A stretch of DNA of 51,443 bases, from NCBI RefSeq assembly GCF_000485595.1, contig NW_014577062.1:281212-332654 (forward strand). Reading direction: 5' to 3'. Of the stretch, positions 10,717-23,783 are shown in pieces. A program made the translations under genes and the position numbers. Position 1 is the stretch's first letter; every line of letters begins with the position of its first letter. The notes below the pieces were generated by a model, which was given only the letters and a program-made list of their open reading frames with translations, was not told the DNA's origin and did not search any database. This stretch comes from Priapulus caudatus (taxonomy: Eukaryota).

Positions 10717-11544
10717 GGTAAATCATATTTCCGGGTTGAGGCACGAGCAATACACTTGTTGCCTGATCCGCGTTTCACTAAAAGCTCTCCGTTTGCTGTT
10801 TAGCAAATGTCTGATCATACCGGCATTATATTCGCCACGCGACCGGTTAGCGCATATCTCAATGTTTGATTGCGTGCTAAATTGAATCAGCATGTTTTGG
10901 TTTCAACGGTCTAGCAAACAGACGGTTGGCCTTTCCGACTTTCCGCTTCATTCGATGCAGCAGCAGGCGCGCTTGCGGCGTGCATCTAGTTGAGTCTGCG
11001 TCACGTTTATGCGCAGTTTAGAGGCAAGCAGTCAGTCAAGTGTGTTGTCAACGCATGTCAGTTTTCAATATTCGATTTTTACAAAACTGTATTGTATAAC
11101 CCAGTCATTACGCAGTAGGACGGCTAGATATCGACTTTGTACATCCCAGCTTAATTGCATGATTCTGTAATGCACTAATTTCCACTGTTGAATTAATGCT
11201 AATATAAAAGACTCGTTTTAGGGCCGGGTTCATAATAGCGACGTTATCTTTAGCTAACTGTGTGTATTGCCCTGATAAGCACGCAGCGCCGAATCTTCAA
11301 TGAGAGATATGAAAATTGAAATTGAATGTCGCTTAGACGCATTCAACTGTCACTTCAAGATACATGTAGACTTATCAATCCTGTATGCCGACGATGACTG
11401 TGGTACGCCTGTAAAATGTTGATTTTTGCTTTAACAGATATTCGTATAATATATAACATATTATATATGGTACCAATAAATGGGATATAACACTTTATCT
11501 GACTGCATGGGCAAAACCTTACATTAACATTCACATTAATCCTA

Positions 11545-11645
11545 TCCATAACCCTAAACATTGTACTATCCATAACTGTAACTCTCTACTTCACAATAAC
11601 CCTAACGCTAACCCTAACCCTAACTCTAGGCCTAGCCCTAACCAT
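11545..11645. repeat. Degenerate interstitial (CCCTAA)n telomere-like tract
   Basis: AACCCTAACGCTAACCCTAACCCTAACTCTAGGCCTAGCCCTAACC at ~11598-11643. Confidence 0.7.
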
Positions 11646-11789
11646 AATAATCTTAACATACCAAAATTAAAAACAAACAAACGCACTAACCAACTAAATA
11701 ACCAATTGTTTAATAAGCGATTGCATTCAAAGATTCGGAGTCACAAATAGAGTACGTTTAACAATAGCCCTAGCCTGAAAAATAGCCAT

Positions 11790-12529
11790 AATTAACCATA
11801 TCCATAACAATAACCATAACCATAACCACTACCATAACCATAGCCATAGCCATAGCCATAATCATAATAATAGCCATAACCACGATCATAACCACGATCA
11901 CAAACATAACACTAATGTATTTTCGTAACGTCGAACACAAAATGCTAATCACGTGTTAACACGCAATATCCCATCGCGATTTCTAATAACCTTGCATGGG
12001 CTGTTACTGCTGTCGTAACTGTTACTGTTATCATGCATGAACATAATATGTATAATAGGAACACTTATTATGTTCATTCTATTACTATTCCTGTTATTGT
12101 CTGTCACTGTCATTGCCTTAGTCGCTGTCACTGTCACTCTCATTGCGACTTTCACTGCCACTATCACTGTTACTGCCACTGTCACTGTCACTGTCACTGT
12201 CACTGCCACTATCACTATCATTGTCATTGTCATTGTCACTGTCACGGAGTTTCGGGGGGGGGGGCGTACGTTGTTGTTTGTTGTTGTTAGTGCTGTCACT
12301 GCTGCTGTCAATGTTGTTGTTGCTTCTGATATTATTATCGTTGTTATTACTGTAGCCGCCTTTGTCAGTATTGTTGTTGTTATTATTACACATTTTATGT
12401 TATATAATGACATGTTGTATTTGTATTGTATGCGTTGTATGTTGTATGTTGCATGCTGTACTGCTTCTGTATATTCTAAGTCTTTTTTGTCTGTGCTATT
12501 TTTGTTGTTGTTGTTATCGTTGCTGCTGC

Positions 12530-12623
<94 letters not shown>

Positions 12624-12660
12624 ATCGTTGCTGATTTTGTTGCTGCTGCTGCAGCTGTTC
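11790..12660. repeat. Compound microsatellite cluster: (ACCATA/GCCATA)n, (GTCACT)n, (GTT)n
   Basis: Seen directly. It explains the poly-N, poly-L, poly-C and poly-T ORFs. Confidence 0.9.
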
Positions 12661-13811
12661 CGGTTGCTGATCGCGGTTCGCTGATTGTTTTCGTCCGCCG
12701 GAAAACGCTCAGAACACGCGCAGCGCGACACTGCGTCGCCACTTAGGCAACCCCGTGACGTGTGCGATGCAATCGATCTATGCGCGTCGCCTTCACTGTG
12801 ATTATTTACAATCGTAGGCGACGTCAACCTTCGTGATTAGCATAGAATCGGACTTCAAACAGGAAAAAACTTAATTATTACTGTAGCAGAACTGTATGAT
12901 TTCGGGCTGGGAGGAAGGGGAACAAGAATCTGCACCAGGCATATTGGTACGCGCGCACGTGCAAAATCGGCGGGCTTTAATGACGTTGTATGCGGCGTTT
13001 TGCTATTGTGAATAATTAAAGCGCGAGTTTTGTAAAACTGTAAATTATATTTATTACATTTGCGTAGAAGTGATTCGCGCACTTTCGCCAACGCACCGAT
13101 TCCGGAATTTATAATAATTGCGTATGGGAAATGCGTATGTTTCGAAGCTCTACGAACATCACTGGTTAACCAGGTAGACATATAAGGCTGACCAGCTCTA
13201 AGCGTAAAACAAAATCTGAAACGACACTACTGATTTGCACAATTGATTTCACACTATTAGGATCCCTTCTTTGACTTTAACCTCATTCATACAAACATCT
13301 TGATAAGCTCGTCTCTTCAATCATTGAAGTGCTTACGTCACCGTAAATAGTAAAAGGTAAAAAAAATGTCAACTTTTTCACAAAATGTAAGTGATGCTGT
13401 TCACTTTTTTATGGTTAGATTCCTGCATTATACTTCCTATTTTGCTTTATCGTTCGATGTGAACAAACACTCGTGACTCATACATGAGCACGTATTTAAT
13501 GTCGTGATCAATATATCAAATCGCCCAGATTTTTTGGATTCTTTTTAACTAGTTGAAAAACAATCTTATCAGGTAAGAATTTGAGGATACATTTAGTGCC
13601 GTCAGTACTTACCTTTCATGTAAAAGAATTGCAACAAAATGTTTACAAATATACACCATAGAAAATTCGTGACGTAGTCAATTTTATCATCAGGTATACC
13701 AACAGCTATATTAATTTAATTTTTATGTCACAAACCCTTCTTATATATATATATATGCGCATCCGCATCCGTTTAACACAGAGCGCACATGCTCATCAAT
13801 ACATAGCGCGC

Positions 13812-13868
13812 ACACACCTCTCTCTCTTTCTCTCTCACACAACACACCACACACACACACACACACAC

Positions 13869-13911
<43 letters not shown>

Positions 13912-13973
13912 ACACACCACACACACACAAACACACACACACACACACATACAACACACACACACACACACAC

Positions 13974-14060
<87 letters not shown>
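13812..14060. repeat. (CT)n-(CA)n microsatellite
   Basis: Seen directly. Confidence 0.95.
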
Positions 14061-14063
<3 letters not shown>

Positions 14064-14988
14064 GGCACACGTGCGCACAAGTATGCGCGCAATGCCATGC
14101 AGTTTTCAGGTTGCGCCGTCCCGTGGTCAGCATTCACGGTACATGGAGCAGTCACGTAGGTACGCTACACCTGTGCAACTGCAGCTACCCTCTCTGCGCT
14201 CACCAATTCTCATCAAGCGACGGTGTCTCACGACGCGCTTACAGAGAGAATCCGTTATTTAATTACGGCAGGAGCGGCCGCTGCCCGCTCCCGCTCCGAG
14301 ATGAGTTACACGCTTAATTGACTGTCTAAATGAGCTGAAATGAACGAGGCCAAGCCGATAATAGGTACGTAGTGAATGTCAAGTCTCTATCGTATCCGCG
14401 CCGCTGTTTAGTGCGTGGCGATCAATGCAGACTTTGCTGTACGAGACTGACCGCTCGCTCGTCAGGAGAGACGGCTCTCAGAGTGCGGCAGCCGTGATCG
14501 CGTTAGCAACGCTGACGACGACGCTACGCCACTAACTATATGCACAAATCGCGTATAGCGATTTATATATATAGCGATCATATATACAGCGAGCATATGC
14601 AGCCACCGTTCGCGTCCTGAGTGCGACGGGCGGATGATGACGATGCGAACGATGACGTCATCTACCCTGCCCACACACCCGCGCGGCGCGCGCAGGCGGT
14701 AGTGACGTCACTCGGAGGTATTTTCTCTAAAAGCAATCCGAATCGCTAGTCAGCGTGACATCGCGGAACCGTTGTCGGCCCCACGGGGGCGTAATCTCGT
14801 TGAGAATATTATTTTCTCGTTACATTTTGCCAATGTCGCATTATCACCTGTTGCGCGCATGCGTTGATATCGCACTGTGCTGTGTTGAATAGGTATAAAT
14901 AGCTATTATCATTACTTCGTAAACTCGCCACCCTGCACCATATGGACACACAATTCAGATCTAATGAGATCGCATTTATGCTACGCAA

Positions 14989-15024
<36 letters not shown>

Positions 15025-16093
15025 CGCAAGTAAGCGAGGCAGAGAGTATAATCCAGCGAATTCGGTAGAAAGCCAAATAAAAGGGACGACAGAAACGGAG
15101 AATGAGAAAATAGAGTGCGTGCGAGTATGTGTGTGTGTGAGAGAGAGAAAGAGAGAGAGAGAGCGAGAGAGAGAGAGAGAAGGGTGCGAGAGAGAACTTC
15201 CCATTTCAACCTCCTTATTGATTATCGTCGACCCACATCCGCTTCATGGCAATCGGAAAGAAGCTGGGGGTAGTCGTGCTATTGACCGACGGGCTTTACA
15301 AATGCACGAAGATCAGAGGCGAGTGTATCGCTGCACGATTGGCAATTGTGCGTCTCGCGGCCGGATGACGCGAGCTTGTGCGACCGAGTGCAGAGTACGA
15401 TCGCAATAAATCTCGCTACGAGGCCCACCACGCGCCCGTCGACACGCGCGGGAGTGTGCCTAATCAGTGGTGCCGAGAACGTAGTGTGAAACCCTATCGC
15501 AGACATTGTGAAACAACGATGCAAACGCGATGCAAATATTTGGTGTATGGTAGAGATCGTGAGCTTCCATTCGCAACAGGATCAGATTGTCTAAGAATTG
15601 TTTTGTTGTCGAGTCAGTGTGTTAGTCTTATATTTATAGACGCTAAAATACCATATAAAAACTTCTAATGGTCGAGAATTTAGTTGGAATCCATGTCAAC
15701 AGTAACCAATCACACCGCAGGACAGACCGTACATTCAAGTAAATGAAAGAGCTGGTAAAAAAGAAAAGTTAAGTAAAAATAAGGGGGAGGGAGATCGAGG
15801 GATAACTCAACGCAATTCGATTGGAAGGTTTTAAGGGAAGTTTGGATGATGTTTAGATAGACCCTCAGATATATGGTGAGCGAGAGAAGAGTCGTAAGTA
15901 GAAGAGACGGAAACAGACGAAGCGAAGACAGAAAACCAACAGGAAATAATGGGGCAACGAGAGAAGGCGGAGAGTATGAGAGGGGTGTTGAACGACAAGG
16001 GAGACAAAAACGAAAGAAAATTAGAGCTAAAAGGAGAAGTTAAGAGAACAGAGAAGCCACAAACAGGAGAGCGAGAGCGAGAGAGAGAGAGAG

Positions 16094-16150
<57 letters not shown>

Positions 16151-16339
16151 CGAGAAAGCCTTCACATTTTAAATCTTGCTGTTAATCGCCTGACACACTA
16201 TACGCTTTTAACTTTCTTGGCCATGGGAAATTCTGTATATTGAACAAACAAAGCGGAAACTTCGGCGTCTCAAGTGTGAATATCATTTGCATCGATTTAC
16301 ATGCGAAAAATCGTACGTATTTCGTCCCTATGTTACGCT

Positions 16340-17705
16340 AAGGAGAGATATATAGAGCCGAAGAATATATAGAGTCTTGATATATAGATCGTAAATAGAT
16401 ATGATAGAGTAGATACAGCTCAGTATCAACTAGATTTAAAATTCCAGATAGTGCTCGGTAATTAACGATAGATACCATAACATACATAGATACATACAGA
16501 CATAGCATACTAGATAATATACATTCTACGCAGTACACTAAATACAGAGAATGAATACATACTACATACATATCATTACCATAACTACATACATACATAC
16601 TAATACATACATACATACATCTATACATTACATACTACATACATTAGCAACATAGAATAAGATAGTAGATTAGATAGAATAAGTGATAGATGTAGCCTAG
16701 ATAATAAGATGATAAGATAGATAGATAATAGAATAGATAGATTAAATAGGATAGGTAATAGGATGATGAGATAGATAGATTATGGATAGATAGGATCGAA
16801 GACTGATAGCTATATAGATAATAGTATGTATAGATAGATATAATCGGTGGATTGTATATATAATATATATAAGTAAGTATTTAATAAATATATATAATAG
16901 AGGAGAAAGAGGGGGAGAGGATATTAATGATAATCAGATAGGTAGATCGATCAGATAGATAGGATAATAGAATAGATAGATATAATAGATAAGTAAGAAT
17001 TAGATAATAGATAGATAATAGTATAGGTAGATTATACTACTATATTATATCGATAGATAGATAGATAGATAATCGATAGAATAAGATAGATAGAATAATA
17101 GATAGATAAGATATACAAGATAGATGATAGGTAGAGATGAAGATAGCTATATAGATAGATGAGATAGAACTAGTAGATAGATAGGATAAGGATAGATTGA
17201 TAGTAGATAGATAGATCGAGTAGAAGATAGATATGAGACATATAGATAGAGGTAGATACTGTAGAGATAGATACTATGGAACTGGATGTAATATATATAT
17301 AACTATACTATATAGGTACAGTACTATATATAGAAGAGAGAGGAAAGAGGAGAGATGAGATATATATAGGATAATATCAGATATAAAGATACTAGATATA
17401 GTAGATGATAGATAGAATAGATAGATAGATAAGATTACTGATGATAGATAGAGTAGATAGATAAGATAGATAGAGTTAGATAGATATATTAGCTAGGTAT
17501 ATAGCATAGATAGAATAGATAATGAAGATAAGATAGATAGATAGATAATAATATCAATTAGATAGTAGATAGCAAGATAGAGTAATGATAGAATAGTAGA
17601 TATATACTATATATATAATTTAATAGATAGATAGGACTAACTAGATAGATAGATGGATAGAATAGATAGAAATAGAAATAGATAGATAGATAGATAGATA
17701 GATAC

Positions 17706-17749
<44 letters not shown>

Positions 17750-17750
17750 C
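16340..17750. repeat. Long, highly degenerate (GATA)n/(CATA)n array
   Basis: GATA and TACA units with many single-base indels, becoming a clean (GATA)n at ~17680-17748. Confidence 0.9.
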
Positions 17751-19711
17751 AAAACAAACAACATACACAAATGCACACACTACGCCGCGCAACCGGTGCA
17801 CAACAGCACACCGTGCTCGCGGCGCGCTAAACACTCAATCACGGCCACATCCACACACATCCGCACCACACACACACACCACCACCGCCACACACACACA
17901 GCACACCACGCCATACACACAGCGACACACACTCCATCGGACCACTACCCGCGGCCGGCGCACGCCAACAGAAGATAGAGAGAGTGAGAGAGAAGGGCGC
18001 AGAGCGAGGAGAGAGAGAGAGAGTAGGTCGGAGAGAGAGACAGAGAGAGACCCGCAACCCCCTCCCCACACTCCTATGGTAATGTGCGTTCAACGTGCTC
18101 GTCTAAATTCTTGCCGGCTAAACCAAATAATCGAATTATCACGAATTTATGAATAAATGATTATTAATTTGTGACATGTTCGTGTACTACAATATCGACG
18201 TTTGATGCTATAGATATATGGACACGACACATGTTTAAACCATATCCGCCTATGCGGACTGTCCGAAATAAGATTAGAATGGTAAATTTAATTTGACTTG
18301 ATTTGGTTAGTAGGAATATAATTTTTCATTATGCGATGCGACATGTAGCGTAAATTTGAACAGCGTTGTTTTTCCGAACAGAGAGAGGCATTGCGTACAT
18401 TGCCATTCCGAATTAGAGTGCCAAGCTACAACAACACATGCGTAAGCATGCACGTATTGTCTTGGTATTATCTATCCATCCGCACGCACGCAATACGCCA
18501 ATAAGTGCACACGCATAACCACTCACAGCAGATACGCACGTCACGCGCATAAATGTATATAGTCGGTATACCTAATATGCGCTCCTTTTGCTCCTCTGCT
18601 AACGCACACACGTACAGCGGCCTTTGCGCCTGGGAGCGTTTATCGAAGGGTGTAGTGTAACATATTCAGGTGGGCATACTGAAAGGTAAATATTGCCTTA
18701 CTCTTTGTTATACGCCTGGTCGTCAGTTCTTTCGCTGTAACAATTAAGCGATGCCCGCGCATGCATGCATATAGCGATGATTCATGCTTACTACGCGTGG
18801 GTCATTACGAATCTTTCCAAATCCAATATTTTTCGTAGGTAATGCAATGCATGCTAGAATTGGTTATAATGGTTTACACTATAAATGACTTTTCGTGAAA
18901 ATTTACTAGCTAACTAAATGGACGTTCCGAGATAACTTTCAATGTCATTGAAGCAGCAGATATTTTTTCATTCTGATGAAACCATGATAGCGGCACATGC
19001 ATGTGTGTCAGTGCGGAAGTACAGTCTGCTTTATTTATTCGGTGTATACACACTACATTCTTACACGCGACAGACGCATTTATTATTATTGTAATATTTA
19101 AATGATTTAATAACAGCTATTATCTTTCTTATTCCCTGCCTTTATATTCCTTACTATTTTTCGTTCTAACAAATTTTTTTCCCCGCTATCGCTCTCGCTC
19201 TTTCTCTCTCTCTTTTGCTCTCCCCTTGTCTCTCCTCGCCTTCCTCTCGCTCATATTTTTCTCTGGCTCTCTCCCTCTCACTCTCTTTATCTCCCTTCTT
19301 TCTCACCCCCTCTCTCCCTCAATCTTTCTCTTTTGTCTCCGCTACTTCCTTTTTTACTCGTCTTTACCCGCTTCTCTCTTATTACTCTTTCTTTCTTTTT
19401 TCTTCCCCTTCTCTCTTTTTCTCCCATCGTTGTGTACATTTTTATTTGCATTTGTGTGTGTTACACAATGGTACGTGTTGTAGACATGCAGCTTAGTTGT
19501 CGAGAACTACATAATAAAATTCGCCAATCACGGTTATTTGTACCTCTCTTAATTGATAGCTGGCATTGTTGTTGCGGGCGAGCCATGCATGTCCGCCAGC
19601 GAGACAGGCAAGACTAATTGATGAATTTCGCGGGGTACTCGTGCTAATTACGAGACGCTGCGTATGTATGAAGCTGCCTCGATTACACGCTCTGCGCGTC
19701 AATCGTCACGC

Positions 19712-19814
19712 TGGTTGAGACACGTATGGTTGAGACACACTGGTTGAGACACGTATGGTTGAGACACACTGGTTGAGACACGTATGGTTGAGACACACTA
19801 GTTGAGACACGTAT
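19712..19814. repeat. 29-bp dimeric tandem repeat (TGGTTGAGACACGTA + TGGTTGAGACACAC) x3.5
   Basis: Units start at 19712, 19741, 19770 and 19799. Confidence 0.95.
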
Positions 19815-21188
19815 AGACGTGCGACTCAACACACAATGAGATCGTATGCCGCGCGGGCGTGTCTTTCATCAGTAAACCCGCTAAAGATGTCACTGTTTTA
19901 GCACACAGACGACGTCGGTCGCCGTACGCCGCGTGCCGACTAAAATATTTATAACGCTCTTACCCTCACACCGATGCTCGTCGCACTCATCACGCAAAAT
20001 CAGCGTGCGTCGCGTGTCGACGGCAGCGACAGCGCACCAACGTTTACGAACGACCGCATTCACTTAGCATTGTTCGATAGCATTTTCGCCGCGAGCGGAT
20101 GCTGCCGCTGCCGCGCACAGACGATGGCAGCGCCGTTGTCACTCAACTTTACGCGTGCGCATGCGCACCTCGACCGACCCGCGATCGGGCAACGCCAGAA
20201 GAAAATCAATGCGACCTCGGCGTGAACCCGTGTTCTCGGCGCCAATCGCGAATACGACCGAAGTGAAGATTTACTATATACATTATACACAGTCGTCGGT
20301 GTCGCCGGCGGCGCCTTCTCTAATCACTCTAAGATGTCGCCAGGAGGTCGCGCGATCACAGCTCGCAGAGACAGCGTCGTGTCTCTCAGTATCGTATATC
20401 TGTAGTTACTGATATATCGAATGCCGCAGGCGTTAGGTTCATCAATGTTAGACCGTCGGATTGTCGTTATTAAAGGTGCGCATCTGCCAGTGAAGAATGA
20501 TGACAGAGAGGAAACAGGGAAAATGGTTCGCGGCTCTCGGACACGTGTGGCAGGGATCTGGAGCGCGAGGGTACCTTCGAATAGAGGATCGCATTCTATA
20601 CCCTACGCAGAGCGTTCGTTCGTCTTCTACGGCTGCAGTAACAAACTGAATAAATGATTCATGCACACGTGATTCTACGCGCGTAAATTTATGGCGAGCT
20701 GTCTTTCGTAATATGAATTACGTCTGCTCACAGCCCGATGATCTTTCCCCTGCAATCACGATACACTCGCTCATCCCGGCGCATGTGGGTAAACTCGTGT
20801 GGGCGACATTCAAGCTAACTCTCCTCTCTACGGCTATGAGATCCCCGCGCGGTGTGCGCTGTCCAGCGTTTGGCGAGCCCGGGTAGGGGGGGGGGGCATC
20901 GGTGCGTGTAAGATCAGGTCGTAGTTTCGGGTCAGTGCGCATCGCGCGGGAGAAGGTGTTAAATAATGCACCGGTGTACGGACGGCCGCGATTCTCTTCT
21001 GCCTCAATTATACATGCCGCCGATTATTAATCGTGCGTGCCGCTTCGTTAATCGCAATTGAGGCGAATTTTTTTCGGCGAAATGGCGGTACAGCATGTTC
21101 CGCTGTAATTCTGCACGCAGTAGCGATTTTTTAACGTATTGCGCGACGGTATTGTTATTATAACCCGTGTTACGAGTAGGATGTATAT

Positions 21189-21785
21189 TGTAAGCGGACA
21201 GATCTTACACGCCAGAGAAAGTGACCGCCGTGCCGCCGTGCCGGGCAATGGGTGCCAGGGGAAGCCATAAAACAGAGACGGCGAGTCAGCGGCGGGACGA
21301 AGATCAAAGAGGCTAAGCTAGGAATCGCAGTCATGATCCCCGGAGTGTGACGGGCGGCCGCACAAGTGTTGACCGGTAGATGACCGTGATGACACCATGG
21401 TCAGAATCGAGACACGCCAAGTGCGCACCGCGCATCCTGCCACCATATTCGGTAGCGGGAGGTAGCAGTAGGAATCCGCACTCTGCCGTGTTCGGGAGGG
21501 CCGGTTGGTCAGAAGGGGAGCTAAAGGAGATCTGTGACGTAAGGGAAGAAACGCGATCGCGGGACTGGGGCGCGACGTATATAAGGTGGAAACCATCGCT
21601 TCCCGGGGCTCTTGGTACAAGACACCCGCGGAGAAAGGTGTAAGTTGTGTGATACGGGGGCTATGTAATCAAACGCTCTTTCTATTCGGTAGTATACGGA
21701 GACTTCATGTATTGTGTTAGAGATTCAGTAAAACACTAGTGAACGTTACTCTTGTCTTGTCTTATGTCTCTATCAGTCTATTACA
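21189..21785 (+). mobile_element. Possible solo LTR (~600 bp)
   Basis: TGTAA...TTACA termini, a GC-rich U3-like part, TATATAA at 21578-21584, an AGTAAA polyA-like signal at ~21727 and a T-rich U5-like tail. No TSD found. Confidence 0.45.
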
Positions 21786-23422
21786 GGCCTTCTACTACGG
21801 TAGTGCGAATAACACGCCTACAATATGCATCCAACTGCCTCGAACGGGCGCAGCACGCACATCACGCACGCACGCACACACAGAAGGACACACGCACGCA
21901 CGCAAGGACGCACACATAGAAATATTATGCAGCAGCATCGATCCCGAAATTCCATTAAAACGCGGACACTTATTGTAACAATGGACGATAATTATATAAG
22001 CATGAAACGAATGTAACGCTATATGGGTACGCTGACGACCTAGGACTTACTGAAATGAACTCGTGCACGCGCATATATTCCTATATTCGCGGATTTAGTC
22101 AAGATGGTCAATACAAAAATATTACCGACGGGACGTAAATCCTCCGCCGACAATCTTATTATGTTTTTATAGGATCTTCTCACGGCACACGCATAGTTAA
22201 TACATGATTGATTAAAGATTAAACGTGGGCTGCTATTCGCATGTATAGGCAAATGTCATCGCAGCTGGAGTTGTGAGTAACAATTGAAATCTCTGATCTC
22301 ATTCCGCGGAGTATGCACAATCTTTCGGTTGAATCTGCTTCAACGTCAGGCACAATTATTATTTACCGGCACTGCAGAGAATTCATAGCAGCGGTTAGAA
22401 TCGCTAGTGCTGTGTTTCAGCGCATGCTATACGTGCTATACCTAGAGAACACAAAGCTCTGAGTGGGAGTCACTATACTCACAAAAAGCACGCCATCCGG
22501 TGAACACGAGAAGCCTGCACAGGCATCCGGAAATTTACAAGAATCAAATATGTGAATTGCAGCGTTCCCATCCGGTTGACGACGCGGCACTATCGACCGA
22601 ATGCAGCTGAAATCGCGGCATAACACAACTGGGAGTCTCACGGGAGCGAGATTTTAACGCTGGAAAGCTGTGAACTGCGGTAATGGTTGATATTTGATCG
22701 CATACTTCTTACGGACTCCGGGCGCGGCCAACGCGAGCACACCAGCGTGAAATGCACGCACGCACCCGGAAATCGCCGTAATTGCTTGCGAGCAAATTAT
22801 CGACGCCGATAATTATTCGCGATCGTTAATTTTCTTAATGAGCTAGAGACGCTTCCACGTCTTACTCGGCTGCGAATTTTTATCGGCTGCGAAAACCGAG
22901 AAAGGTGTCGTCACAACGTCCAGAGAGTTGGTGTTTCATAACATTTGAGGTTTCGCCGGGACCGCATCAACGAATGCCCCTATTTGTGGTGAGCGTCACC
23001 TTTCCTCCACATCATTCATTCCAACATTTTGTGGAGTCAGAATCACTGCCCCGTGAAATACACACCGGTGAGTTAATCGTTGCCACCGTTTTGCGTTATA
23101 AACAAAGACTAAATGACTTGCTATATCGCTGCTTTAAATACGTGGTCTAGCTATACAAACTAGGGGGTTAATACGTACTCTACGTATGCGTAATTGATTA
23201 TCTACGATAGGACAAATTAAATTACCTAATTACTTACTTATTAATTAATTGACAAACGCACTTACTGATGATGAGTATTTAGGTTGTGAGAATAGATGAG
23301 CCACACAAAGCAGTAGCTAACACTGAACGTGCGTTAATTAATTGGCTGAAATTAACTAAATTATATTCTCTAATTAATCGACGAACACACCCCCATCGAC
23401 GATGAGAGATTAACAGGCGAAT

Positions 23423-23423
<1 letters not shown>

Positions 23424-23466
<43 letters not shown>

Positions 23467-23639
23467 NNNNNNNNNNNNNNNNNNNNNNNNNNNNNNNNNN
23501 NNNNNNNNNNNNNNNNNNNNNNNNNNNNNNNNNNNNNNNNNNNNNNNNNNNNNNNNNNNNNNNNNNNNNNNNNNNNNNNNNNNNNNNNNNNNNNNNNNGT
23601 GTCGTCGTGTGTGTGTGTGTTCGTCGTGTGTGTGTTGTG

Positions 23640-23692
<53 letters not shown>

Positions 23693-23783
23693 CGTGTGCG
23701 CGTGCATGTGTGTGCGTACGTGCGTGCGCGTGCGTGCGTGTGTGCATGCGTACGTGCGTGCGTGCGCGCGCGCGTGTGTGTGC
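23424..23783. repeat. (GT)n/(GTGC)n microsatellite spanning assembly gap 23467-23598
   Basis: Seen directly. Confidence 0.95.
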
